From Oscillospiraceae bacterium (GTDB taxonomy: Bacteria; Bacillota; Clostridia; Oscillospirales; Ruminococcaceae), in the NCBI GenBank assembly GCA_004557855.1, contig SFFJ01000007.1:1933-65932 (forward strand): a stretch of 64,000 nucleotides of DNA, given 5' to 3'. The notes under the pieces are model-generated. The model ran no database searches and was not told where the DNA came from. It saw only the letters and a program-made list of their open reading frames with translations. Positions 29,045 to 39,292 of the stretch are shown here, one piece after another (the first letter of the stretch is position 1; each line of letters opens with the position of its first letter). The position numbers were made by a program, and so were the translations under genes.

Positions 29045-29505
29045 TGCAACCCCAAGCATCCGCAAAGCAAAAAACGACGGGAGGGAACGGTATGTGGCTG
29101 GGTCTGGCGCTGCTTTCGGCCCTGTTCGCGGCGCTGACGTCCATCCTGGCAAAGGTGGGCATCGAAGGGGTAAACTCCAATCTGGCAACGGCCATCCGCA
29201 CCGGGGTGGTGCTGCTCATGGCGTGGGGAATGGTCTTTCTGACCAATGCGCAGGGCGGCATTCCCGCCATCAGTACCAAAAGCTGGATGTTTTTGATCCT
29301 CTCCGGACTGGCCACAGGGGCATCCTGGCTGTGCTACTATAAGGCGCTGCAGCTGGGGGAAGCCTGCAAGGTGGTACCGGTGGATAAATTGAGTGTGGTT
29401 TTCACGCTGGTGCTGGCGTTCGTGTTCCTGCATGAAAAATTCACACCGAAATTGTTGATCGGGTGTGTGCTCATCGGGGCGGGAACGCTGCTGATGGTGC
29501 TGTGA
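29044..29505 (+). CDS. EamA-like (DMT superfamily) small membrane transporter
   Basis: Four-TM protein with YKALQLGEACKVVPVDKLS, typical of EamA domains. The true start may be the ATG near 29092. Confidence 0.55.
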   Translation: MQPQASAKQKTTGGNGMWLGLALLSALFAALTSILAKVGIEGVNSNLATAIRTGVVLLMAWGMVFLTNAQGGIPAISTKSWMFLILSGLATGASWLCYYKALQLGEACKVVPVDKLSVVFTLVLAFVFLHEKFTPKLLIGCVLIGAGTLLMVL

Positions 29506-29865
29506 CCAAGTGAATACATCACACCCCCGCCTCGGCAGCAATACCGGGGCGGGGCTTTTGCTGCCCGGGCGGGGCGCTTTCCGCAAGCCCGTGCAGCAGT
29601 ACGGCCCGCAGGGCCGGCCGCCTGCGGCGGCCGTAGGGGGCGGCCGGAGGCCGCCCCCAAGCCCGTCCTGCGGACGGGCTGCCCTGCGGGCCCGCCCCCG
29701 CACAGCAGCCTGCATATCGCAGCCCCCGCTCCGACGTCCCCCACACCCCCATTTAGGAACCCCACATACCCCCGCCCCGGCCCGCACCCCCCGGATTTGT
29801 GCGGTATAGATAAAATAGACCGCCTTTTTTGGGAGGTTTTATCCCCCGAAGCCCTTGCAACCCAA

Positions 29866-29925
29866 CCCGATATAGTGTAATATATATTGTGTAGGTAGAG
29901 GAAATGAGCAACTATATATTGTGCA
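29866..29925. promoter_or_regulatory. two putative NrdR boxes upstream of nrdD
   Basis: The AT-rich palindrome-like sites ATATAGTGTAATATATATTGTGTA and CAACTATATATTGTGC resemble the NrdR operator (acaCwAtATaTwGtgt). Their centers are ~31-32 bp apart. Confidence 0.35.
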
Positions 29926-29961
29926 TGACGGCAAAATACAGGAAAGAGAGGAACAGAGCAT

Positions 29962-32136
29962 ATGAAAGTCATCAAGAGAAACGGCTCCGAGGTGGACTTT
30001 GATATTACCAAAATCATCGCCGCTATCACCAAAGCCAATGACGTGGTGGAGGAAAGCGAGCGCATGACCCCCATGCAGATCCGCCGCATCGCGGAATCGG
30101 TGGATCTTGCCTGCCAGAAGATGAACCGTTCCCCCTCCGTGGAGGAAATTCAGGACCTGGTGGAAAAGCAGATCATGGCCCACGGCGCCTTTGAAGTCGC
30201 CAAGCGCTACATCACCTACCGCTACACCCGCAGTCTGGTGCGCCGCAGCAATACCACCGATGAAAAGATCCTTTCCCTCATCGAGTGCTGCAACGAGGAA
30301 GCCAAGCAGGAAAATTCCAATAAAAACCCGGTGGTCAATTCCACCCAGCGGGACTACATGGCCGGCGAGGTCTCCCGCGATATCACCAACCGCATCCTGC
30401 TGCCCCCCGATATCGTCGAGGCGCATAACGAGGGCATCATCCATTTCCACGATAGCGACTACTTCGCCCAGCATATGCACAATTGCGATCTGGTCAATTT
30501 GGAGGATATGCTGCAAAACGGCACCGTCATCACCGGCACCCTCATCGAAAGACCTCATTCCTTCTCTACCGCCTGCAATATCGCCACCCAGATCATCGCG
30601 CAGGTAGCCAGCAACCAGTACGGCGGCCAGTCCATTTCGCTCACCCATCTGGCGCCCTTCGTGCAGGTCAGCCGGGAAAAGATCCGCCGCCAGCTCACGG
30701 AGGAGATGAAGGAGGCCAACGCCGTCATCACCGAGGAGCAGCTCTCCAATATGGTGGAAAAGCGCCTGCGGGATGAGATCCGCCGCGGCGTGCAGACCAT
30801 CCAGTATCAGGTAGTGACGCTTTTGACCACCAACGGTCAGGCGCCCTTCGTCACAGTATTCATGTACCTCAATGAGGCCAAGAACGAGCAGGAAAAGCAC
30901 GATCTTGCGCTCATCATCGAGGAGGTGCTGCTGCAGCGCTACGAGGGCGTCAAGAACGAAAGCGGCGTTTGGGTCACCCCGGCCTTCCCCAAGCTCATCT
31001 ACGTGCTGGAGGAGGACAACATCTACGAAAACAGCGAATACTACTACCTCACCCGCATGGCGGCCAAGTGCACCGCCAAGCGCATGGTGCCGGATTACAT
31101 CAGCGAAAAGAAGATGCTGGAGCTGAAGGTGGATAAAAACGGCGAGGGCCATTGCTATACCTGCATGGGCTGCCGCAGCTTTTTGACCCCCTACGTGGAT
31201 GAAAACGGCAAGCCGAAGTATTACGGCCGCTTTAATCAGGGCGTCGTCACCATCAATCTGGTGGATGTGGCGCTGTCCTCCGGCGGCAATCTCGAAAAAT
31301 TCTGGAAGATCTTCGATGAACGGCTGGAGCTGTGCCACCGCGCGCTGATGTGCCGCCACAACCGTCTCAAGGGCACCCTCTCCGATGCTGCCCCCATCCT
31401 GTGGCAGTACGGCGCCTGCGCCCGCCTCAAAAAGGGCGAAACCATCGATAAGCTGCTGTACGGCGGCTATTCCACCATCAGTCTGGGCTACGCCGGCCTG
31501 TATGAATGCGTCAAATACATGACCGGCAAGAGCCACACCGATCCCTCCGCCACCCCCTTCGCGCTGGAAGTCATGCAGTACATGAACGCTGCCTGCAGGA
31601 AGTGGAAGGAGGAGCATAATATCGACTTCAGCCTGTACGGCACCCCCCTGGAAAGCACCACCTATAAATTTGCCAAGTGCCTGCAAAAGCGCTTCGGCGT
31701 CATCGAGGGCGTGACCGATAAGAGCTACATCACCAATAGCTACCATGTCCACGTCACCGAGGAGATCAATGCCTTTGATAAGCTGCGGTTCGAGGCGCAG
31801 TTCCAGCATCTCTCTCCCGGCGGGGCCATCAGCTATGTGGAGGTCCCCAATATGCAGCAGAACCTGGAGGCGGTACTGCAGGTCATGCGCTTCATCTACG
31901 ATAACATCATCTATGCCGAGCTGAACACCAAGAGCGACTACTGCCAGGTGTGCGGCTGGGATGGCGAGATCGATATCGTGGAGGAGGACGGCAAGCTCAT
32001 CTGGCGCTGCCCCAAGTGCGGCAACACCGACCAGGATAAGATGAATGTCGCCCGCCGCACCTGCGGTTACATCGGCACGCAGTTCTGGAACCAGGGCCGC
32101 ACGCAGGAGATCAAGGAGCGTGTGCTGCACCTGTAA
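29962..32136 (+). CDS. nrdD: anaerobic ribonucleoside-triphosphate reductase
   Basis: 724 aa with an N-terminal ATP-cone, a Zn-ribbon CPKCG...C region and a C-terminal glycyl-radical motif RRTCGYIG. Confidence 0.9.
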   Translation: MKVIKRNGSEVDFDITKIIAAITKANDVVEESERMTPMQIRRIAESVDLACQKMNRSPSVEEIQDLVEKQIMAHGAFEVAKRYITYRYTRSLVRRSNTTDEKILSLIECCNEEAKQENSNKNPVVNSTQRDYMAGEVSRDITNRILLPPDIVEAHNEGIIHFHDSDYFAQHMHNCDLVNLEDMLQNGTVITGTLIERPHSFSTACNIATQIIAQVASNQYGGQSISLTHLAPFVQVSREKIRRQLTEEMKEANAVITEEQLSNMVEKRLRDEIRRGVQTIQYQVVTLLTTNGQAPFVTVFMYLNEAKNEQEKHDLALIIEEVLLQRYEGVKNESGVWVTPAFPKLIYVLEEDNIYENSEYYYLTRMAAKCTAKRMVPDYISEKKMLELKVDKNGEGHCYTCMGCRSFLTPYVDENGKPKYYGRFNQGVVTINLVDVALSSGGNLEKFWKIFDERLELCHRALMCRHNRLKGTLSDAAPILWQYGACARLKKGETIDKLLYGGYSTISLGYAGLYECVKYMTGKSHTDPSATPFALEVMQYMNAACRKWKEEHNIDFSLYGTPLESTTYKFAKCLQKRFGVIEGVTDKSYITNSYHVHVTEEINAFDKLRFEAQFQHLSPGGAISYVEVPNMQQNLEAVLQVMRFIYDNIIYAELNTKSDYCQVCGWDGEIDIVEEDGKLIWRCPKCGNTDQDKMNVARRTCGYIGTQFWNQGRTQEIKERVLHL

Positions 32137-32235
32137 ACCATCATTCGCCCTAAAAAAAGAGGGACGCTCTGCGGGGCGTCCCTTTGCGGCAGCGGAAAAG
32201 CTGCCGGGTATTCTGCGGGCGGGATAGGAGAGAGC

Positions 32236-32757
32236 ATGAATTACGCAAGCATCAAAAACTGTGATATCGCCAACGGCGAGGGGGTGCGGGTCACACTGTT
32301 TGTTTCCGGCTGCACCAACCACTGCGAAAACTGCTTCCAGCCCGAAACATGGGATTTTAACTACGGGCAGCCCTTCACCCCGGCGGTGGAGGATAAGCTC
32401 ATCGAAATGCTGCGGCCGGGCTTCATCAATGGGCTGACGCTGCTGGGCGGCGAGCCGATGGAACCGCAGAATCAGCGTGCGCTGCTGCCCTTTTTGCGGC
32501 GGGTGCGCAGGGAACTGCCCCAAAAAACCATATGGGCGTTCAGCGGCTTCACCTGGGAGGAGCTGAACACCCCCGGCAGCCACCCCTGCTGCGAGGTCAC
32601 ACCGGAGCTGCTGACCCTGTTGGATGTGCTGGTGGACGGCCGGTTCGTGCAGGCGCTCTATGATATCTCCCTGCGCTTCCGAGGGTCCTCCAACCAGCGC
32701 ATCATCGATGTCCCCCAAACCCTTGCAGCCGGGCACATCGTGCCGTGGCAGGGCTGA
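32236..32757 (+). CDS. nrdG: anaerobic ribonucleotide reductase activating protein (radical SAM)
   Basis: CxxxCxxC radical SAM motif in LFVSGCTNHCENCFQ. Immediately downstream of nrdD. Confidence 0.85.
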   Translation: MNYASIKNCDIANGEGVRVTLFVSGCTNHCENCFQPETWDFNYGQPFTPAVEDKLIEMLRPGFINGLTLLGGEPMEPQNQRALLPFLRRVRRELPQKTIWAFSGFTWEELNTPGSHPCCEVTPELLTLLDVLVDGRFVQALYDISLRFRGSSNQRIIDVPQTLAAGHIVPWQG

Positions 32758-32911
32758 CCGACCATGCGGGCGCCCCTCCGCTGCCTGTCGGGGCACCGCC
32801 CACCCTTACGGGCCGGCGGCACCCCTCCTCCGCTGCGGTGCGCCCGCCGAACAGCATAAAAAAAGCCGGGCAGGCTTTGTAACCTGCTCGGCTTTCGCTT
32901 TTCGGGGGATA

Positions 32912-33292
32912 TCAGGCCTTCCACAAACCATGCAGGTTGCAGTAGGCGTAAACGCTCTCCACCTCGTCGCCCTCGCACAGCGCAAAGCAAACCTCGGGCT
33001 TCTCGCCGGGGTGCAGCTCCTTGCGCTGGTTGCCCTGCCGGGTATGGATGGACACCCACTCAATGTGGTGCTCCGGCAGCATGGGGTGCTCCACCGAGCT
33101 GACGACCACATGAACGATGCCGTTTTCCACCGACCAAACCGGCAGGTGCTTTTCCACAGCGGCGTCGGTGGTGTTGGGGATGATCTCGCTCATCGGCTCG
33201 CCGCAGCAAACCACCGGCACACCTACGTCCTTCACCTTGGCAATAATATTTCCGCAGTGCTTGCAGATATAGAATTTCTGTTCCATTTTCAT
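32912..33292 (-). CDS. dfx: desulfoferrodoxin (superoxide reductase, 2Fe-SOR)
   Basis: 126 aa. An N-terminal desulforedoxin-like CxxC...CC region (ICKHCGN...VVCCGEPM) and a C-terminal SOR domain with H..H..C..H ligands. Confidence 0.8.
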   Translation of the reverse strand: MKMEQKFYICKHCGNIIAKVKDVGVPVVCCGEPMSEIIPNTTDAAVEKHLPVWSVENGIVHVVVSSVEHPMLPEHHIEWVSIHTRQGNQRKELHPGEKPEVCFALCEGDEVESVYAYCNLHGLWKA

Positions 33293-33396
33293 TCTCCTTT
33301 TCCATTCGTGTTTTTCCTAAAATAACGCAGGGGGATGATCGCAAACGGGGCAGACGGCGGGCGCCTTCTTGCCGATGACCGACCCCCATTTTCGCA

Positions 33397-33930
33397 TCAG
33401 TAATTCTCCTTGCGCACCTCAAAATAGCTTTGGGGATGATCACATACGGGGCAGACGGCGGGCGCCTTCTTGCCGATGACCAAATGCCCGCAGTTGCGGC
33501 ACTCCCACATGGTCTCCTCGCTCTTTTCAAAAACGCGCTGCATCTCGACATTATTCAGCAGGGCGCGGTACCGTTCCTCGTGGGACTTCTCAATGGCGGC
33601 AACGGCGCGGAATTTGCGGGCCAGCTCGGCAAAGCCCTCCTCCTCGGCCTCCTTGGCAAAGGTCGCATACATATCGGTCCACTCGTAATTCTCACCCTCG
33701 GCGGCGTGCAGCAGGTTTTGGGCGGTATCGCCCAGCTCACCCAGCGCCTTAAACCACATCTTGGCGTGTTCCTTCTCGTTATCGGCGGTCTTGGTAAAAA
33801 TTTCAGCGATCTGCTCGTAGCCTTCCTTCTTGGCTACACTGGCAAAGTAGGTGTATTTATTGCGGGCTTGAGATTCACCGGCAAAGGCGGTCAGCAGGTT
33901 CTTTTCGGTCTTGGTGCCTTTCAGTTCCAT
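33397..33930 (-). CDS. rbr: rubrerythrin
   Basis: Ferritin-like diiron EHAKMW/E..H motifs plus a C-terminal rubredoxin-like CRNCGH...CPVCDHP. Confidence 0.85.
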   Translation of the reverse strand: MELKGTKTEKNLLTAFAGESQARNKYTYFASVAKKEGYEQIAEIFTKTADNEKEHAKMWFKALGELGDTAQNLLHAAEGENYEWTDMYATFAKEAEEEGFAELARKFRAVAAIEKSHEERYRALLNNVEMQRVFEKSEETMWECRNCGHLVIGKKAPAVCPVCDHPQSYFEVRKENY

Positions 33931-34136
33931 GGTTCATGCTCCTTTCACGCAGTCAAGTTTTAATTTGTACCCTCATTATAACAGTAAAAATTCCTGAAAT
34001 CAAGCATAAAAACAGAATTCCTCCCGAAAAATATCACCCCTGCGGGGAAATACCACAAATTCACCGCCCCCGATTGGCGGAAGGGAGAAAATGTGCTATA
34101 ATAAAACAGTCTACTAAAATACAGCGAGGAAACTTT

Positions 34137-34610
34137 ATGAAAAATATACTTTTAGTATGCAACGGTAATATCTGCCGCAGCCCCATGGCGGAATTTGTCC
34201 TTCGGGAGCTGGCAAGGCGGCGCGGGCTGGGGGACGCCGTGGCCTGCCAAAGCGCCGGGACGACGGTTTTTGCGCCGAACAGCCCGGTGCATAACGGCAC
34301 CGTGCGCCAGCTGAAGCGGGAAAACATCCCCTATTTTCAGCGCGGCTCCCGCAATATCCGCCCGGAGGACTATGCGCAGTTTGACTACCTGTTGGGGATG
34401 ACCCGCAGCCATGTCCTGACGATGCAGGAAGAATTCGGCGGCGACCCGGCAGGGAAGGTGCGGCGGCTGCTGGACTTTTCCCGCCACCCCCGTGATGTGG
34501 ATGACCCGTGGTACACCGGGGATTTCGTCACCGCCTACCGGGATATCGAGGAGGGCTGCAATGCCCTGCTGGATGAGCTGTTCCCCGGCAGCCGGGAGAA
34601 AACCCGCTGA
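34137..34610 (+). CDS. low-molecular-weight protein-tyrosine phosphatase / arsenate-reductase family
   Basis: P-loop CNGNICRSPMAE at the N-terminus. An extended -10 TGcTATAAT lies upstream. Confidence 0.75.
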   Translation: MKNILLVCNGNICRSPMAEFVLRELARRRGLGDAVACQSAGTTVFAPNSPVHNGTVRQLKRENIPYFQRGSRNIRPEDYAQFDYLLGMTRSHVLTMQEEFGGDPAGKVRRLLDFSRHPRDVDDPWYTGDFVTAYRDIEEGCNALLDELFPGSREKTR

Positions 34611-34833
34611 AAAAAGCACCCCGCAGGGGTGCTTTTTCGGCAGGCCGCGCAGTGGCCCGGGCCCCGCGGCGGAGCCGCCGCCGGGCTTCGCCCGGCGACC
34701 CCGAGCCTTCGGCTCGGGTCCCCCGTCCCTGCGGGACGGGGGGCGGCTCCGCCGCATACCGGGCCCCTGCGGGGCCCGAAAAGGGGCGCCCGGCCGGGCG
34801 CCCCTTCATCGCTTATCCCGGTTGCCGCCCTTA

Positions 34834-35343
34834 TCACTCGGCAGCAGCGTGCTGTGCCGCCAGTCGGCAGTACAGCTCGGCATTTTCCCGGCTGTGCGTT
34901 ACCTGCACCGGGTGCAGCTGCGAAATCGCCTTGGCCGGCGTGCCGACGATCAGCGACCCGTCCGGAAAATGCGCCCCGCCCGCAACCACAGCCCCCGCCC
35001 CGACAATACTATCCTTGCCGATGACACAGCCGTTCAGCAGCACCGCCCCCATGCCGATGACGGTGTTATCCCCGACGGTGGCACCATGCACCACTGCGTT
35101 ATGCCCGATGGACACCCACTCCCCGATCGTAATGGGATACCCGGCGTCCCCGTGCAGTGTGCAGTTATCCTGCACGTTGCTGTTCTTCCCAATGGTGATG
35201 GTATCCAGGTCCCCCCGCAGGACGGCCCCATACCACACGCTGACGCCCTCCGCCAGTGTCACGCTGCCTAAAACGGCGGCATCGGGTGCAATAAATGCGG
35301 CTTTCTCGGTATCGGGGATGCGCTCCCCCAGTTGCTTGATCAT
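34834..35343 (-). CDS. gamma-class carbonic anhydrase / hexapeptide-repeat family protein (YrdA/PaaY-like)
   Basis: Left-handed beta-helix hexapeptide repeats with the histidines of the gamma-CA family (HGD...H). RBS GGAGGT before ATG 35343. The track N-terminal extension is GC-repeat sequence. Confidence 0.7.
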   Translation of the reverse strand: MIKQLGERIPDTEKAAFIAPDAAVLGSVTLAEGVSVWYGAVLRGDLDTITIGKNSNVQDNCTLHGDAGYPITIGEWVSIGHNAVVHGATVGDNTVIGMGAVLLNGCVIGKDSIVGAGAVVAGGAHFPDGSLIVGTPAKAISQLHPVQVTHSRENAELYCRLAAQHAAAE

Positions 35344-35662
35344 CGTCTGTACCTCCGGGTTGGGTGTGTGCGCCGCCCGAACCGCCCGCAGGGCGTTCCG
35401 GCTCCGCCGGAACTCGGCGGCTCCGCCGCCGGGCCCGCCTTCGGCGGGCCGCCCTGCGGGCGGCTGTGCGGCGTAGGGATAGCCTGCGGCCTTTTTGCTG
35501 TCGCTATTGTAGCACGTTGCGGGGCGCCAGTCAAACCCGGACAAAAAATAATTTCGGGCAGACAAATCCGCAAAAAGGGATAGCCAACCGCCCCGAAATC
35601 TGCTATACTATATGGGAAAATTGCAAACCGAGAATTTGCAGAAGAATAAGGAGTGTATTACC

Positions 35663-36067
35663 ATGGCAATTGAAAGAACCTATATCATGCTTAAGCCCGA
35701 CTGCATCAAGCGCGGCCTGATGGGCGAGGTCATCTCCCGCATCGAGCGCAAGAACTACAAAATCGTCGATGCCAAAATGATGACCCTCGATGAGCCGATC
35801 CTGCGCGAGCACTATGCCCACATCGCCGATAAGCCCTTCTTCCCGGAGATCGTCACCTACATGACGAGCGGCCCCGTTCTCGCCATGATCGTAGAGGGCG
35901 ACAACGCCGTAAAGGGCATGCGCATCATCATGGGCGCCACCAAGTTCGAAGAGGCCGCTGCCGGCACCATCCGCGGCGACTACGCCTGCTGCACCAGCGA
36001 AAACCTCATCCACGGCTCCGACTCGGTCGAAAACGCCGAGATCGAGATCAAGCGCTTCTTCGGTTAA
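35663..36067 (+). CDS. ndk: nucleoside diphosphate kinase
   Basis: ERTYIMLKPD and the active-site region NLIHGSD. RBS AAGGAG. Confidence 0.9.
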   Translation: MAIERTYIMLKPDCIKRGLMGEVISRIERKNYKIVDAKMMTLDEPILREHYAHIADKPFFPEIVTYMTSGPVLAMIVEGDNAVKGMRIIMGATKFEEAAAGTIRGDYACCTSENLIHGSDSVENAEIEIKRFFG

Positions 36068-36172
36068 AATAAAATCGCAGGCCGCCGGTATCCGCACAGG
36101 GTACCGGCCCTTTTTTACGGCCCAATGCAAAAGCCCCCACCCGCAAAAGGGTGAGGGCTTTCATGTCAGGTC

Positions 36173-37279
36173 TTATTTTTTCTCGGCTTTCAGGGCCTCG
36201 ATCATCATGGGAACGACCTTAAAGAGATCACCGCAGATGCCGTAATCGGCAGCCTCAAAGATGGGGGCGGTCTCGTTCTTGTTCACGGCGATGATGCACT
36301 CGGAGTCCTGCATACCGGCCAGGTGCTGGATCGCACCGGAAATGCCCAGAGCCACATAGATCTTGGGGCGAACGGTCTTACCGGTCTGCCCGACCTGATG
36401 ATCGGCGGAGAGCCAGCCGGCGTCCACAGCGGCACGGCTGCCGCCTACTACGCCGCCGCCCAGGGCCTCGGCCAGCTCCTCGGCCAGCTTAATGCCGGTG
36501 GGAACATCCTTACCGATGCCGCGGCCGACCGAAACGATGACCTCGGCGCCGGTCAGATCGACCAGATCCTTGGCCGCCTTGACGATCTCCAGAACCTCGG
36601 TCTGCAGGTCGGAGGCCGCCAGCTCTACGGGGTACTTCTCCACTACGACCTTATCGGCCTTGGCCTGGTCGAAGGGGGCGCGCTGCATAACGCCGGGACG
36701 CACGGTAGACATCTGGGGACGGAAGCGGGGGCAGATGATGGTCGCCATCAGGTGACCGCCGAACGCGGGACGGGTCATCTTCAGGTGGGTGCCCTCATCA
36801 AACTTCATGTTGTCCACATCCATGGTGGAGGTGGTCTTCAGGAAGGCCTTGTACTTCTCCACATCCACATCCAGGTGGGTGCAGTCGGCGGTCAGGCCGG
36901 TGTGCAGGGTCGCCGCACAGCGGGGGCCCAGGTCACGGCCGATATTGGTCGCGCCGATGAGCATGATCTCGGGCTTCTTTTCCATTACCACATCGCAGAT
37001 GACCTTTGTATAGGCATCGGTGGTGTAGTCCTTCAGCAGGGGGTGCTCACATACGATGATCCGGTCGGCGCCGTAGCCGCCCAGCTCCTTGGCCAGCCCC
37101 TCCACCTTATCGCCCAGCAGCAGGCCGCACAGCTCCACGCCCAGGTCGTCGGCCAGCTTACGGCCTTCGCTTATCAGCTCAAAATCGGTGGGCATCAGCT
37201 TGCCCTCACGCTGCTCACAGAATACCCAAACGCCCTTGAAGGCGCTGGGATCGGTATTCACAAAAGTAGACATAGTCAT
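36173..37279 (-). CDS. etfA: electron transfer flavoprotein subunit alpha
   Basis: FAD-binding C-terminal domain [29 protein letters not shown]. Last gene of the butyrate operon. Confidence 0.9.
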   Translation of the reverse strand: [368 protein letters not shown]

Positions 37280-37291
37280 TTCTCCCTTCTA

Positions 37292-38092
37292 TCAGATGAT
37301 GTGCTTCTCTGCCAGCAGAGAAACCAGCTTTTCGCAGGTCGCCTTGTCGGCACCCTCCAGCATCATGCCGGCGCCCTTCTGGGGGGGAGAGAAAGACTTG
37401 TAAACATTGGTGGGAGAGCCCTTGAGGCCGATGGTGTCCAGCTCGATCAGCGGGTCGTCCTTCAGCGTCTCAAAGTTATAAACCTCCAGCGGCTTATTGT
37501 AGCACTCGAAGATACCGCCGACGCTCATATAGCGGGGGGTGTTCAGCTCCTTGATGCAGGTGAGCAGGCAGGGGGTGTGGGTCTTGATGGTCATATAGCC
37601 ATCCTCCAGCATACGCCGGCAGATGACATGCTCCCCATCGACCTTGATCTCGGAAACATAGGTGATCTGGGGCATTCCCAGCTTTTCGGCGATCTGGGGG
37701 CCTACCTGGGCGGTATCGCCATCGATGGCCTGACGGCCGCAGAATACGATGTCACCCTTCTCCACGCCGATCTTCTTAATGGCAGCGGCAAGGATCTGGC
37801 TGGTGGCAAAGGTATCGGAGCCGCCGAATTCACGGGCGGAAACCAGAACGGCACGGTCGGCGCCGCGGGCCAGCAGCTCACGCAGCATCCCCTCGGCAGG
37901 AGGGGGGCCCATGGAAACGACCACGACCTCGCAGCCGGTCTCGTCCTTCAGGGTCAGGGCAGCCTCGATGGCGTTGAGGTCATCGGGGTTGGTGATGGTA
38001 TCCATGGAGGCACGGTCCATGGTACCGTCTTCTTTTACAGCAACCTTACCGGAGGTATCCGGTACCTGCTTTACACATACGATGCATTTCAT
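37292..38092 (-). CDS. etfB: electron transfer flavoprotein subunit beta
   Basis: 266 aa with a typical EtfB N-terminus MKCIVCVKQVPDT. Confidence 0.9.
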   Translation of the reverse strand: MKCIVCVKQVPDTSGKVAVKEDGTMDRASMDTITNPDDLNAIEAALTLKDETGCEVVVVSMGPPPAEGMLRELLARGADRAVLVSAREFGGSDTFATSQILAAAIKKIGVEKGDIVFCGRQAIDGDTAQVGPQIAEKLGMPQITYVSEIKVDGEHVICRRMLEDGYMTIKTHTPCLLTCIKELNTPRYMSVGGIFECYNKPLEVYNFETLKDDPLIELDTIGLKGSPTNVYKSFSPPQKGAGMMLEGADKATCEKLVSLLAEKHII

Positions 38093-38110
38093 AATGGCTT
38101 ACTCCTCCTA

Positions 38111-39274
38111 TCAGTTTACCTTTAGATTGGCAGCGATGACCATGCGCTGAACCTCGGAGGTACCCTCGTAGATTTCAGTGATCTTGGCATCACGCATCAT
38201 GCGCTCCACGGGGTAGTCACGGGTGTAGCCGTAACCGCCGAAGAGCTGAACGGCACGGCGGGTCACATCGCTGGCGGCCTCGGCGGCAAAAAGCTTTGCC
38301 ATGGCGGCGTCAACGCTGTACGGCTCGTGGGCGTTCTTCTTACAGGCAGCGGAGTAAACCAGATATTTCGCAGCTTCCATGCGGGTATGCATATCGGCAA
38401 TCTGGAACTGGGTGTTCTGGAACTGGGAAATGCGGCGGCCGAACTGAACACGCTCGTGGGTGTACTTGATGACTTCCTCCACAGCGCCCTCACCAAGGCC
38501 CAGCGCCTGGGCGGCAATACCGATACGACCGCCGTCGAGGGTCGCCATAGCGATATTAAAGCCCTTGCCCTTCTTGCCCAGCAGGCGGTCGGCAGGGATG
38601 CGGCAGTCCTCCATGATCAGTTCACAGGTGGAGGAACCACGAATACCCATCTTCTTCTCGTGCTTACCGACGGAGAAGCCGGGGTCGGTGCGCTCCACGA
38701 TAAACGCGGAGATCTCCTTGCGGGTCTTTTTGGGGTTCTTCTTATCGGGGATGATGCCGGTAACGGCGATGATGATGAAGACATGGGCATAGCCGGCATT
38801 GGTGATGAAGATCTTGGAGCCGTTGAGCACCCAGTGGTCACCGTCCAGCACGGCAAAGGTCTGCTGACCCTGTGCGTCGGTGCCGGCGCCCGGCTCGGTC
38901 AGGCCAAAGGCGCCGACCCATTCGCCGCTGCACAGCTTGGGCAGGTAATATTTCTTCTGCTCCTCGGTGCCGTTCTCATAAATGGGGGCGCAGCACAGGG
39001 AGGTATGGGCGGAAAGGATAACGCCGGTGGTGCCGCAGACCTTGGAAAGCTCCTCAACAGCCATGACGTAGGAGAGAACGTCGCCGCCGGCGCCGCCGTA
39101 CTCCTTGGGGAAATAGATGCCCATCATCCCCAGCTTTGCCATCTTCTTTACGGTTTCCTCGGGGAAGCGCTCCTCCTCGTCCACCTCGGCGGCCAGGGGC
39201 TTTACTTCATTTTCAGCAAACTCACGGTACATCTTCTGCACCATGGCCTGCTCACGAGAGAGTGTGAAATCCAT
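38111..39274 (-). CDS. bcd: butyryl-CoA dehydrogenase (acyl-CoA dehydrogenase)
   Basis: 387 aa ACAD fold with a C-terminal catalytic Glu region (YEGTSEVQRMVIA). Confidence 0.9.
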   Translation of the reverse strand: MDFTLSREQAMVQKMYREFAENEVKPLAAEVDEEERFPEETVKKMAKLGMMGIYFPKEYGGAGGDVLSYVMAVEELSKVCGTTGVILSAHTSLCCAPIYENGTEEQKKYYLPKLCSGEWVGAFGLTEPGAGTDAQGQQTFAVLDGDHWVLNGSKIFITNAGYAHVFIIIAVTGIIPDKKNPKKTRKEISAFIVERTDPGFSVGKHEKKMGIRGSSTCELIMEDCRIPADRLLGKKGKGFNIAMATLDGGRIGIAAQALGLGEGAVEEVIKYTHERVQFGRRISQFQNTQFQIADMHTRMEAAKYLVYSAACKKNAHEPYSVDAAMAKLFAAEAASDVTRRAVQLFGGYGYTRDYPVERMMRDAKITEIYEGTSEVQRMVIAANLKVN

Positions 39275-39292
39275 GATGATCCTCCTTATTGC

